A DNA stretch of 64,000 nucleotides, taken from contig JAQGDQ010000036.1 in NCBI GenBank assembly GCA_030141605.1, forward strand, positions 1 to 64,000, read 5' to 3'. Below, piece by piece: positions 1 to 12,348 of the stretch. The DNA is from Tubiluchus corallicola (Eukaryota > Animalia > Priapulida). Numbering within the stretch: position 1 is the first letter of the stretch; each line of letters begins with the position of its first letter. The notes under the pieces are model-generated. The model did no database searches and was not told the origin of the DNA. It saw only the letters and a program-made list of their open reading frames with translations. The translations under genes were made by a program, and so were the position numbers.

Positions 1-1353
1 AGACGGAGATGCAGAGCATCAAAATGTGAGTGCATGGAAATTAAGAATTGCTTACAGATTTACACAGCTCACCACAAACTTAAAAATAAATAAAATTTTT
101 ACATACAGAATTTATATATTTTTTCAATTCGAAGTACAAGAAAATTTGGTTCAGTTTCGGTCCAACGTAACGATTTAACTTGAAATTTTGTTCCGAATTC
201 AGTGCAGTAGCACGGTCAACATTACTGTCATTAGGCTTAAGTTTTCGGTTTGGTGTCACTCAAGTATAAAAAATCACTTTAAGATAAAATTACAAATAAA
301 AGAGACACATTTTAAGCGTATCTTACAGCATTTGCCATCCTTAACTGTTTTGGTTCAAAAGCTATCACATAGCACATCTTAAGTACCATCTGAACAAATT
401 GTAAAGGTGTCTGAGACAATTCTGTATTTCATTTGCGGTTGATGCAAGTAAGTTGTAAAATCATGTGGCAGGGTTTGTTCAATCATCGAACAAAGAGTTT
501 ATGAATATGATCAAGTAAATCAAAAGAATTTCCCAAATTGCAACATTACAATTAGAGAATGTAGTACAGTTTTTGCGTTACATTTGCGTTATATTATAGA
601 AAAATATAGCTGGTAGGCAAATTCTGCATAATCCATACTGCTATTTTATTTTTTTCTAAATGCTTAGGCGTAACACATTGGTTGTTTCTATACAGCGGAG
701 AAATTAGCTGAAACACCAAAATGTGGATGGTATAAATTTCATTCGAGTATAGACCGCTTTTGCAGATTTGATTGTTTTGCCTGTAAATTAGCATACCATG
801 TTTGGTTAGCAATTATCATTATAAATAAAACTGTAGTAAGATTTGTAGAGCTTGAAAATACTACAAAATTGAATAAATTTTGTGTATTTAGCATGTATTC
901 AAAAAAGGGCACAAACATTTAAAAAGTTGGACATTTTTACATAGTCATTAGAGAAATCCATATTTTTTCGTGCCTAGTTTCTGACTGGTTAAATTGGTAC
1001 TACATACCTGGTCACAAACTGTATAATCAACCAGCTCGTAGGTAGCTGTATATGAGACATAACAACAACTGTTAATGAAGTTAACATGCTTGATACAAAT
1101 TTATGTATTGTTCAGGCAGTTAGAAATTGCAATGTTATATTCTAAAATTTTGACAAAATCTTGCATAGTAATATGTTTATAGCAGTCTTATGGGTCGTAA
1201 GAATCTGTTAATATGACTAATATGACTAAAAGTTGAAATGTAACAGTTTCTTTATTTTGGTGGGCATCTTTTACATTTTGCAATGTATGTTATGTGAAAG
1301 CATGTGTTTGCCTAGTATTTGTCTGCAAATGATTATGAGCATGATTTGATTTT
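1..1353 (+). repeat. Left arm of a large inverted duplication (partner 8776-10127); continues beyond the window start
   Basis: Reverse complement of 8776-10127. The ORF track gives identical peptides at 188-382(+)/9747-9941(-) and 594-812(-)/9317-9535(+). Only one 1-nt indel was noticed, near 85-90. Confidence 0.97.
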
Positions 1354-1725
1354 CATGTATGGAAAATGACATCCCGAAGACCATTGACCTCAAGGCAATT
1401 ATTCTGCAAAGAAATTTCGCAAATGTTTCTGTTCAACACTTTATTAATAATAAGCACAGTAATTCATAATAAGTTCTTACTGTGATTTCATTTAAACTAA
1501 TTTTAATCTCAGTCTGAATGATTTTAGCTGCTTTGCCAATTAGGTATCATTTACCTGTTGGAGTGTTTGTGTTTTTCAAGGCTCATGTTATATTGTTTAC
1601 ACGTTTTTCATTGCTGTACAGCGTGTTTTTTAATGTTTAAACACCGATTTTATTGGCCATTTACATTTTTATTCCTGTGAATGGTGTACACTATAGGTAG
1701 GGCCTCCGGTGCATTGCTCTACCGT

Positions 1726-1754
1726 GGGGGTGGGGTGGGTGGGGGGAGTGGGGG
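1726..1754 (+). promoter_or_regulatory. Potential G-quadruplex in a CpG-richer, promoter-like patch (~1690-2160)
   Basis: GGGGGTGGGGTGGGTGGGGGGAGTGGGGG has five G-runs with 1-3 nt loops. A YY1-like AAATGGCG lies near 2053. Confidence 0.4.
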
Positions 1755-4700
1755 CTTTCTTTCCCCTGTTTGCTTTAGTTCCAGGTTACTTAGGAGGTAC
1801 AAAATATTTTAGTTCGTTTAGACGTTTACCATGGCCTACTCTCGGACAGAAAAAGATTCTTAAATTTGTTCGTAACTTTACGCAAGGATTAGACTTATCA
1901 TTAGAGTAGGTGCAAGTTTGTAAGTTGTGCGCAGTTTATATCAAATTAAACGGCTATAGCTGGTGTTTTCGTTGAGGAGGAAAAGATTGATAATAAAGAC
2001 TTGATGCACAGATCACTTTTTCGCAACAGATTAGAATTAAACCTTTCGAATGAAATGGCGCGTTCAGACGTAGTGAGTTCTCTCGCAGCTTGTTGCACAA
2101 CTTCTCCTAGTACATCCTACGATAGTACACAATTTTTTCACAGCACCCGTGACGATTACCTATCCCAACATATAATATATTTATAATTATTTCTCTGACC
2201 CCCCTCTCTCTTTCGCCTTCCTCGCTATCCCTTCCTTGTCTCTCTCTTTCAATGCCTCTCCCAATATCTCTTTCTAAAAGTTAATTTATTTGGAAGTAGA
2301 TGTTTCCTAATTATATACGAATAACTAAACCCGGGGGAAAGATCTAAAAAGCCGCAGAACTGTCAGAAAATAACATGCACACGCAGCAATGTTTCCGAAA
2401 TTTTCCATTACAATTTTATTATGACAATTTTCTATAACAATCTGATCACCACACCGATCGTTACTAAAAATAAAAAAGTATAAACCATGTGTAAGACAAC
2501 AAATCCAATGCTAAGAAGGCACTGCGCAATTGTAAGCTCTGTGCAAGCATGGCCATAGCTGAAATTCAAACCTTCACACAGTTAACACAAATAAACTTCT
2601 ACGAGATATGATATACATATAATCCTATATAAAATAAATAAATTTCACAAGAATTTTCTGCACAAAAAATTTTGGAGCATACTATTCAAAGCCTATAATT
2701 TACATATCATTAACTTCTTTGACTAGCAATAAATAGTACAGGATATTAAAATATATTATGTTAGTAGTACAACATATTTTACGTTTAGAACATTTTTTTA
2801 TGATTTTATTTATGCAAGCTATTATGCAAACTGCAACGAGAAATTGTAAAAAAGACTTTGAACGATGTTTACTACCAAAAACCTGCTCAGAATCATTAGC
2901 CAAGCAATTAACAAAAATAAAATAAGTGTCTGTAAACTAATGTTTCAAATCATTAACACAAAATAGTTCTTGGCGGCAAGCATTAGAACAATTAATTGAA
3001 ATCCAAACAAAAATCTTTTAAGTAATGCTTTGCAACATTTGCGCACTATCTTTAAATGAAAAAAGAAATATCGAAAAAAATCATTTAATAAGAATTTTGT
3101 GGATTTATATTGTACAATTAGTAATTAAGCACTGATTGTCCAACAAAGAAAAAATATCATTAATACACAACAATCAAAGCATCAAGCTAGCCAAAGATGT
3201 GTTGATATACAATTTCTAACAAAATAGAATACTGGCTTTTAAAGCAAAATTTAGGCAAACTGTAGACTGCAGTGGGTCAAATACAGAAAATTGAATAATG
3301 AAACTGCTTGTAGCACATTTGCAAGTAGGTCAGATGTCAAATCAGAACAATTTGTAGTGAACCAGTAAGCAAGAAAAAAAAAGTTATGATTATAACTTAT
3401 ACTTATAGTTGTAGTTTATAATAAATAAGAAAAGTGCCCAAGATCTGCAGAGAGAAAAATATTTATGATATTTATCATGTCACTTAAACTAACAGATTTA
3501 TCAGAATTAAATTCAACAGTGTCACTTACTGAAATGGTGTTGAAAGAAACTGGCTTTAGCATTATTGAAATCAAAACTATGGCCAGTTTCCTTAACTTGG
3601 TATTTCTTTTCAGGTGTTCAATTTTTAACAATGACACAATTATTACGAACGTCTTTTTTCCGGGGAATTTTTTACTCAATAGATCAATCCAACTAAATGG
3701 ATCTATACTTAAAAATCGTTACATTGTGTAAGTTTCTTCTAAATTATAAATGGATCATATGACCACAGCCAACAATATGCATACTAAATTTTTACGAAAA
3801 AAATGAATTTAATGACAACAGTAAACACTTCCTGCAATTTTTTATGGAAAGTATTAAAGAAATGAGCAAGTAGGGTGGGCCAGGCGCACTAGTGCTTCCA
3901 TTCCTAGTTTCAGCAGGCTGTATCTCGGACTATCTCCTTTTGCAGTTTTTGAGCTGGGACTACAATTTTTGGGTTGTGGCGAAAATAGATAATTACCATG
4001 TGAATCTGTCTAAGGCAATAACAGAATTCTGTAGTAATGAAATTAACTTGTCCCTAAAATGATGAACAATAATAGAATTTCTGATGCGGTAGGATGAGAG
4101 CATGGATTTTTATGCTGCAAAGGGATTGAAAACTGAACATGCACAATAGTATCACATTGAAGAAGGGTAGAGCTGCTATAATTGCTACAGTGATTTATGT
4201 AATAGCAACATTTGGAAACTGAAAGAATTAGCTTATACATGTAAATTTGGAAAAACAGCTGAGAGTATAATAGGAGTTAACAGAGGAATTACTATTTGGT
4301 GAAAATTCAAGAGACTGTTTCGGTGCAGCATAACTGATGGACGGATGTAGCTCCACCTTTTGGGCAGTGCCAAACTGACATATGACTCTGCTATTGAAAT
4401 AGCTACGAAACTGCTATGGAAATGGCTGATGTTGGTGTTTCCAGTAGTTCTGCAACACTAGTGCATCAACTTGGATCACTGACTCTAAAATATAACCGAG
4501 AAACAACACAAATTTCAATCATCCAAAAATAAGCAGAAATACCGTCTTTTTGGTGTGCTGTAAGAATGGACCAGATACCCACAAATTTTATTCAGCTGCA
4601 TGCCATTACTGTGAAAAATTACACATAGAGGCCATAATTTGTTATGCCAAACAAGGACCCAACAAGTAAAAATTCTAGACGTGTGAGGGCGAGTTAGAAT

Positions 4701-4968
4701 GGGGGCCCCATAATTTCATTAGCCTAAGGGCTTCCCAGGGTCATGGTCCGGCCCTGCACATGGCAGATTTCATTTAACAGCCAGAGACAGGCCTGCTATA
4801 TGTTAACGCTGACATTCTTTGTAAAAATTTACGATTAATTAACGTGTCGCCATTAATTAACAGTGTCACCACAAAAAGACCCAACACTTGGTGCATGTAT
4901 TGGTGTACTTACATATTCAATTTCTTCTTTTTCTTCTTTGTCAGAATTTTATTAGTCATTTCAAACAA

Positions 4969-7900
4969 TTACCAAATCCGTCCCATTTTTACAATTCCTC
5001 TTGCTTGTAAATAGGCTAATTTCTCTCCTACATTCTCCAACATCGATATATATTCATTATTGACATTGTAACTGAAGGGTTCAGTATTAACTATTCGCTT
5101 GTTAAACGGACATGACTGCATATGGTCAGCCAGGTGTGGTGTGTCATTGAAGCCCCATCGAGAAATCGGTGTAAACGAATTACTGAAGAACCATCTCTGA
5201 AACAGTACAATTTATCAAATTAGGAATAGAAAAGAAGTATTCTAGAAATTTGAGAGAAAGTGCATAGTATTCAATTTTAAATAACTGTCTATGAAACAAA
5301 CAGCATGATTTGCAATTTGTGCTTCAAGCAAAGTAACAGTACATTTTTCTTGTGCCTGTTCTGTAACATCTGTATATGGTTCTGGCTCTGAGTAAATAAG
5401 TTCTGGCTGCAAGATGTCAGTTTCCAGTTCTGAATAGCTCACAAATTCTCAACAGCTTGATTTTGCAACAAACAGATTGTTAAATTAAATTAAATGAACC
5501 ATGATTTCAATGGCTGCTTTATCTATTTAATCAGACTAAGCTTCTGCAGTAAAGTGATAAACGTATCGCAGAGATAATTAAACAATAATATGAGAACAGA
5601 TACTTAACCACAATTCGCAGGCATGAAAAAGCTTTATTTTCAGTTAAGAAGAAAATACTTCTAGACAAGTTTGATGAACTGTAATCTCAGTGGTTAAATT
5701 AACTGATTTTTAATATAAACTGTCGATTCATTAATTCTGGCTTACAGTTATATTCTAGTTTGTTTAAGCGTCCTTAAGTATAATTTAAGCAAAAAATTTA
5801 ACTGCTGATATGCCATTCAAACTAACATAATTTCCTAAAGTATAATAATTTGTACCTTATAAGCTATCTGCCAAGTGGATCTTGATGGATATTGTCGCTT
5901 TTCCCATTCCAAAATCACAATTCCTTTTTCCTCAAGCAAAGAAGAACTGACGTCTCGCATAAGTCGACTAACAAGTGCAAGGTTGCTGAGACTAAAACTA
6001 TCTAACAGGCGAGCGACATGGCAAATGAGTTCAAAGGGCAAATGTGAGAACTTATCATCGGAACTTAAATCATAATTCTGCTCTTCTAGTGTGTCATCTT
6101 CTACTGAGCTTTTTGAATAAGCATTAGCAGCACAGTGAAGTCCAGAAACACCAGAACCATCCAACAATTCAGGAGTTACTACAGGTTTCCATCCAAAACA
6201 TTCTATAGCTTCATCATAAATAACTTCTGCACCCTTATGGTTCGGGTAAAGCCTGCGCACAGAATGCATGCAGCCTTGAGATGACAGAGGGCAGCGCTGT
6301 TCTAACCAGCCATTTAATGCACTATGTATATCACCGTGTATGTTTCTATAGTGCCAAGGATACTGATCCCGCCGAAAAGCTTGCGAACAAAGAAAGGTGT
6401 ACATGGCTCTTGGTTTTGGCTGATATCGTGTTACAAATTCTATTGTTAAATCAAGTCCAAGTGATTCATTTCGCAACATTGGCGTAGGGGGTGGAGGTGG
6501 GGGTGGAGGTGGAATGAAGATTCCCTCTTCGCTTAGGTATTCTTCGGGAATTGGATGAATATCTGGGGGTGCAGACTTAGCTCGCAAGTTATACATTAGC
6601 TGATCCCGAGTCACCGATACAGAATCTCGTGGCAGTGAAACAGCTTTATCAGAAAGACTCTGTTTCTCATTAACAGTGCTTGATTCAGAAACCTCAGTAT
6701 CCTTCCCAGAACCAACAAGAACAACATGTTGCAATGCTCGACAATCTAAACAAGTATCTGACATTTCTTCTCCAGCTTCCTCTTCTGTAGGATTCTCAGA
6801 ATTTGCTGTAAATGAGTCATCTTTTGAGGATATGTCAAATCCAAATGATGGTGAAGCACCAACTGCAGATTCTGAAGACAAACGTGCAATATCAGGATCT
6901 TCACTTGCATTTTCCAGAAAAGCTCTCACAGCAAATGCATTTGAATTACCAACACCCTGATCAATACTTTCTGAACTCCTTTTATCTACACTTAGACTAG
7001 ATATTTGTTTATTCTGCCCTGTATTTTTTACAGAAACCCCTTTACTACCTTTTCTATCACAAAACTGAAGTGCTTTATCTGAATCAAATCCATTACTAAA
7101 ACCAATACCTTGCCCTGTATTTGAAGATTTTTCACTAGCACATAATGCTAAACCTTTTTCACAGCATTCTGCCAATTTGTCAGCTGTTATTGGCACTGCC
7201 CAACCATTAAAAGCATTGGCACTACAATCTGGACTGAAAGCTTTTTCATTTTTTTGATGCTCAGTTTTCGTTTTGTTTTGCGACAGAGTAAAGTTTAAGT
7301 TATTAATGCAAAGTTCTTCATTTGAATTTTCACTTATTTTTGCAGTTGCCTCTTGAACTTCAGCTTTAGATATTTCATGAATTTTATCCACAGTTTCCTT
7401 TTCGTTGGACGAAATGTCACATTTTTTAGAATATGTTTGGGAGACACAATTTGCAAAGCGTTGATCATGTTGCTCATCATATTTTTTAAGTTCTTGGCGC
7501 AGCCCTTCATTAATTTCTATTAATTCTTGCTGTAACTCTTCTTTTACTATCATAGAAGCTTTGAAACATGGCTCCCTCAATTTCTGAATGGCTGCAGACT
7601 CCATGTCTAGACCAGTATTCGGATCAATGATTTGTGGGTGTGATACTTGAAGACCTGTAATGGGGTCAATTGATTCATGAAAATAGTTACCATTTACTAT
7701 TCTAGCATGCTTTACAGGATCAGTGATAAGGGATGTGGCAGCTTCTTCAGCTTCTGAGAGACGACTGTCAGTATTTACCATGTTTGCTTCATTACTACTG
7801 TCTCGCAATTCATAAATTCCATCAATCATTTCAGACACATGTGTAATAATATCATGACATCGCATTCCAAGGCCATTACTACAACTCACTTCCTCTTTTT

Positions 7901-8729
7901 CACATCTTTCTTCATTCTTTCCATTGACATAATCATTCATTCCATCATTTGATTGATCATTGCATGTCATATGATATTCTCCAGTGGTTGCTAGCCTTTC
8001 TAAGTCCAGCACCATTAAGGGTCTTTCACTTTTACTTGATATTCCAACAGCCATACAGTTTTCTAGATTGTCCTGTTCAGCAACTTTACTTGACTTCAAC
8101 AACCGCTTACATACGCTACTAGATAGACCAGGTGGTACAGAATGTAAACCCCAAGGAGTCTCATACTCATCATCTGATACTGTTTTTGATGTTGGCATAG
8201 ATTCACCTGTAGAATCAGACTCAATCGAAACAGCTCGAACATGTGAGAGAGGCATTGCTGGAAATCGACGAGTAAGAGGAGTTGCCAGAGCCTTCCTTGT
8301 ACGTGAACTAACTTTCATTGCAGCATTCAAAACACGTTGATCTCTAAAGGCCAAAGCAACGTCCAACTGTCCTTCTCTGATGTTGGGATTGGTATGTCGA
8401 AAAGGCACGCTCTTCAGTCGTTCTTCCGTGTAAAGTGGCCAACGATTCCATTCCATTGTGCAGAATATCACACTTGCTGGACATGTTTCTAAGTGACTTC
8501 CTCTTTTCGATCGCTGTAGTACAAATGGGCAGCCATTAACTGCATTGATGCATGGTACTTTTTCATTCGGACACAACAGCTTGTGTTCAGATGACTTGCA
8601 AGCATGAAATCGTGCACCGCACAGTAATTCACAGTTAATTATGTGGCAAGTAATACCCTCTGCAAGGCGCTGGCTGCAGTTGTATGAGCGATAACATGTT
8701 GCACAGTGTGAATGGCTCGTTACTGTCAT
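4969..8729 (-). CDS. FBXO30: F-box only protein 30/40-like (N-terminal TRAF-type zinc finger, C-terminal F-box), about 1033 aa
   Basis: Coding exons 8729-5856 and 5196-4969 (donor after AYK, acceptor ttcag|AGATGG). Motifs: HCxxC..CGARFHACKSSEHKLLCP..VPCINAVNGCP..HLETCPASVIFCTMEWNRWP, FLCSQAFRRDQYPWHYRNIHGDIH..LNGWLEQRCPL, F-box LPFELICHVARLLDSFSL, and last exon RWFFSNSFTPISRWGF..LADHMQSCPFN. An acceptor ttctag lies at 8770, 40 nt upstream of the ATG. Confidence 0.93.
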
Positions 8730-8775
8730 TTTAGCATTTAGGCTATTAAATTTACAATTCCTCTTTCACCTAGAA

Positions 8776-10127
8776 AAAATCAAATCATGCTCATAATCAT
8801 TTGCAGACAAATACTAGGCAAACACATGCTTTCACATAACATACATTGCAAAATGTAAAAGATGCCCACCAAAATAAAGAAACTGTTACATTTCAACTTT
8901 TAGTCATATTAGTCATATTAACAGATTCTTACGACCCATAAGACTGCTATAAACATATTACTATGCAAGATTTTGTCAAAATTTTAGAATATAACATTGC
9001 AATTTCTAACTGCCTGAACAATACATAAATTTGTATCAAGCATGTTAACTTCATTAACAGTTGTTGTTATGTCTCATATACAGCTACCTACGAGCTGGTT
9101 GATTATACAGTTTGTGACCAGGTATGTAGTACCAATTTAACCAGTCAGAAACTAGGCACGAAAAAATATGGATTTCTCTAATGACTATGTAAAAATGTCC
9201 AACTTTTTAAATGTTTGTGCCCTTTTTTGAATACATGCTAAATACACAAAATTTATTCAATTTTGTAGTATTTTCAAGCTCTACAAATCTTACTACAGTT
9301 TTATTTATAATGATAATTGCTAACCAAACATGGTATGCTAATTTACAGGCAAAACAATCAAATCTGCAAAAGCGGTCTATACTCGAATGAAATTTATACC
9401 ATCCACATTTTGGTGTTTCAGCTAATTTCTCCGCTGTATAGAAACAACCAATGTGTTACGCCTAAGCATTTAGAAAAAAATAAAATAGCAGTATGGATTA
9501 TGCAGAATTTGCCTACCAGCTATATTTTTCTATAATATAACGCAAATGTAACGCAAAAACTGTACTACATTCTCTAATTGTAATGTTGCAATTTGGGAAA
9601 TTCTTTTGATTTACTTGATCATATTCATAAACTCTTTGTTCGATGATTGAACAAACCCTGCCACATGATTTTACAACTTACTTGCATCAACCGCAAATGA
9701 AATACAGAATTGTCTCAGACACCTTTACAATTTGTTCAGATGGTACTTAAGATGTGCTATGTGATAGCTTTTGAACCAAAACAGTTAAGGATGGCAAATG
9801 CTGTAAGATACGCTTAAAATGTGTCTCTTTTATTTGTAATTTTATCTTAAAGTGATTTTTTATACTTGAGTGACACCAAACCGAAAACTTAAGCCTAATG
9901 ACAGTAATGTTGACCGTGCTACTGCACTGAATTCGGAACAAAATTTCAAGTTAAATCGTTACGTTGGACCGAAACTGAACCAAATTTTCTTGTACTTCGA
10001 ATTGAAAAAATATATAAATTCTGTATGTAAAAATTTTATTATTTTTAAGTTTGTGGTGAGCTGTGTAAATCTGTAAGCAATTCTTAATTTCCATGCACTC
10101 ACATTTTGATGCTCTGCATCTCCGTCT
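8776..10127 (-). repeat. Right arm of the inverted duplication; corresponds to FBXO30 intron 1 plus the end of its 5'UTR exon
   Basis: Matches the reverse complement of 1-1353. It contains the minus-strand donor AAAT|GTGAGT at 10102 and ends a few nt before the acceptor AG at 8771-8770. Confidence 0.95.
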
Positions 10128-10250
10128 GTTTTTGGATAAAGTCGTAAAGCCGTAAGTTGCAATACGGGGTATTTTCCCCCCAAGCTGATTCAGTTTATTT
10201 TCGTTTTCTTGAAAAAATGCAAGGGCCATTATGATCTCTATGATCATTGG
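10103..10250 (-). other. Probable non-coding first exon of FBXO30
   Basis: CpG-containing segment ending in the consensus donor GTGAGT at 10102, which pairs with the acceptor at 8770. The 5' limit is a guess. Confidence 0.55.
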
Positions 10251-11439
10251 ACGAGTACCAGTATCTATAGTCTATACCATTAAATCAGTACCATTGAATA
10301 TTATATAGTACCATCATTCAAAATCTTATGTGCATATACCAAAGAGAACACAATATATAGACATCCATTGCATCCATCATGGGATGAGGCATTTCCATTT
10401 CTTCTCTAAGCGTATTTGCAAAAAGCACCATGGCTCTTTACCACCAAATCGTCCTGTTGTTACTAATTTGTTTGTTTAGAAACGCTAAAAAGTTTGTTTA
10501 GAGATTGAGTGTATGATATAACCCGTTTTGGGTTCCTTACACAATGGCTACCAAAATTAAAACCACAAAATAGCCAAAATAATGGGGATAGCGGCAAAGG
10601 TGAGTTTAATTTACTTTAAAATGCGTGGACTATTTTTTATTTTACCTCGTATCGATGCTTTTATCAATTTTATTAAATTTTAATCTAAAATTGTCCTAGA
10701 TAACATTTGTTTGGAGGGGGAAGGGTGTCAAACTTAAGTGCTGCCCTAGGCACCACAAGCTCCAGCTACACCACTGATGTTTTATATTAGGCATTGCATC
10801 GAGAAAAATGACGAAAAACTCACATTCTAGTTGGCAGTTTTTAGTAACAATATCTTAACAGGAATTCAAAACCTGTTTAAAACTAGACTCTAAATAATGA
10901 TTACAAATCATTCAGTTTTCATGTTGGCTGTAAAAAGAGAAACTATGTCACCTGCTAAATGCCGATGCCAATTCTGTTTTCGTTTGTCGTTTACTGATAG
11001 TGCGTAGCCGGATGTATAGCCACATATATGTGCAGCGCGCATTATACTGGATGCGCACTAGCACTAACATGATAATACAACTTCTGTAAACACTTGTACA
11101 ATGTAAAATGCATAGCTGTAAAACACCAAAAACAGGATCTAATAAATGCAATAAGTTAAAATTTACACTCATGTTTTTCATTCATATTTTATTAAAAAAA
11201 CACTCTACAAACTGACAGATAAATACATCTCATTAAATACACGCATGCAGCGTATGAAGCTGTGAAAACATCTAATGTAGTATACATAACATGTCTACAT
11301 TGGCCTTTTCATTCTATCCATGATTTTGTGAACTCAGCTATTTGCATGGCTATAGATGTAAAACACCAAACAATAAGATCCAGTAAATGTAATAATTGGG
11401 ATTAACGCCGCAAAAAATTTTGGGATAAACCCATAGTGG

Positions 11440-11625
11440 CAATATCACACTATCTACACTACACCTCCCACATCAATCACATCTTACCACACTCACCACT
11501 ACACCATACATACCCACCACAACAACAACTTACAGTACACTCACTGTACCCACTACACCATACCATTCCACACCAAAGCCACCACATTACACAATGATAA
11601 TGATTATGATGATGACACCTGCAAC
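11440..11625. repeat. CAC/ACA-rich low-complexity tract
   Basis: Degenerate acaccac/actacac repeats. Confidence 0.6.
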
Positions 11626-12348
11626 ATAAAAACACAAAAGAGTAAGAAACACAAAAACGTATTGTACAAAGTTGACACTGTGTGTTATGAAAAATACTAT
11701 TAGACCCATCTACCAATGAAAAATAATACACAAACATTCTAGATAGTTTTAGCTTACTGATTCTCAGATGGTAACAGATACAACTTACATTACAGAATCA
11801 ATAACACCATAGAGTGGCAGGTGATGACAATGCCTGGAATAGCTGCATAATTTTTAAACTCAAAGACAATGGGTGTTCCAACTAGCGTTGAAAAACGAAG
11901 TTGAAAAAGAACTTCGAAATACATCCTTCCCGTTTTGTCTAGTGAACATCTCTCCTAATGAAGCCCTAATATCTTGTAGACTGTTTCCGCCTCTTTCCGC
12001 AAATGTTTATATTTTGTCCCAACACTCCCAAACAGTTTTGAACAAATTTTTTTTCTGGAGGTATTTCGTGCAGTTTCCTGCAAAATTTGGGTGGATGGGT
12101 CCGGGAAAATGCCAGTTGCAGACAACATGGGCCTGCTGTACGCTAAAGATAAGAGGTGTAAGTTTTGCAAAAGGTTCTTTCCAGTAGACCCAATTCGAAA
12201 AATAAACCATAAATGAGAAGACACTGGATCAAAACCTTTTATTTGATGTAAGGATCGCTGATAATTATGGTGGCATCGTTGGAGCCACAGCCTCAAATCT
12301 TGTATATAAAAATTTAAAATACCATATACCAATGAAATTAATATGTAC

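Noticed and set aside
188-812. Duplicated small ORFs (64 aa and 72 aa) also found at 9317-9941
   Set aside because: They are identical only because they lie in the inverted repeat. They are intronic, have non-ATG starts and show no protein-like motifs.
3416-4490. ORFs and an acceptor-like site downstream of the FBXO30 stop
   Set aside because: No sustained open frame or homology; probably 3'UTR or intergenic.
5875-8340. Plus-strand ORFs overlapping FBXO30
   Set aside because: Antisense shadows of a long coding exon.
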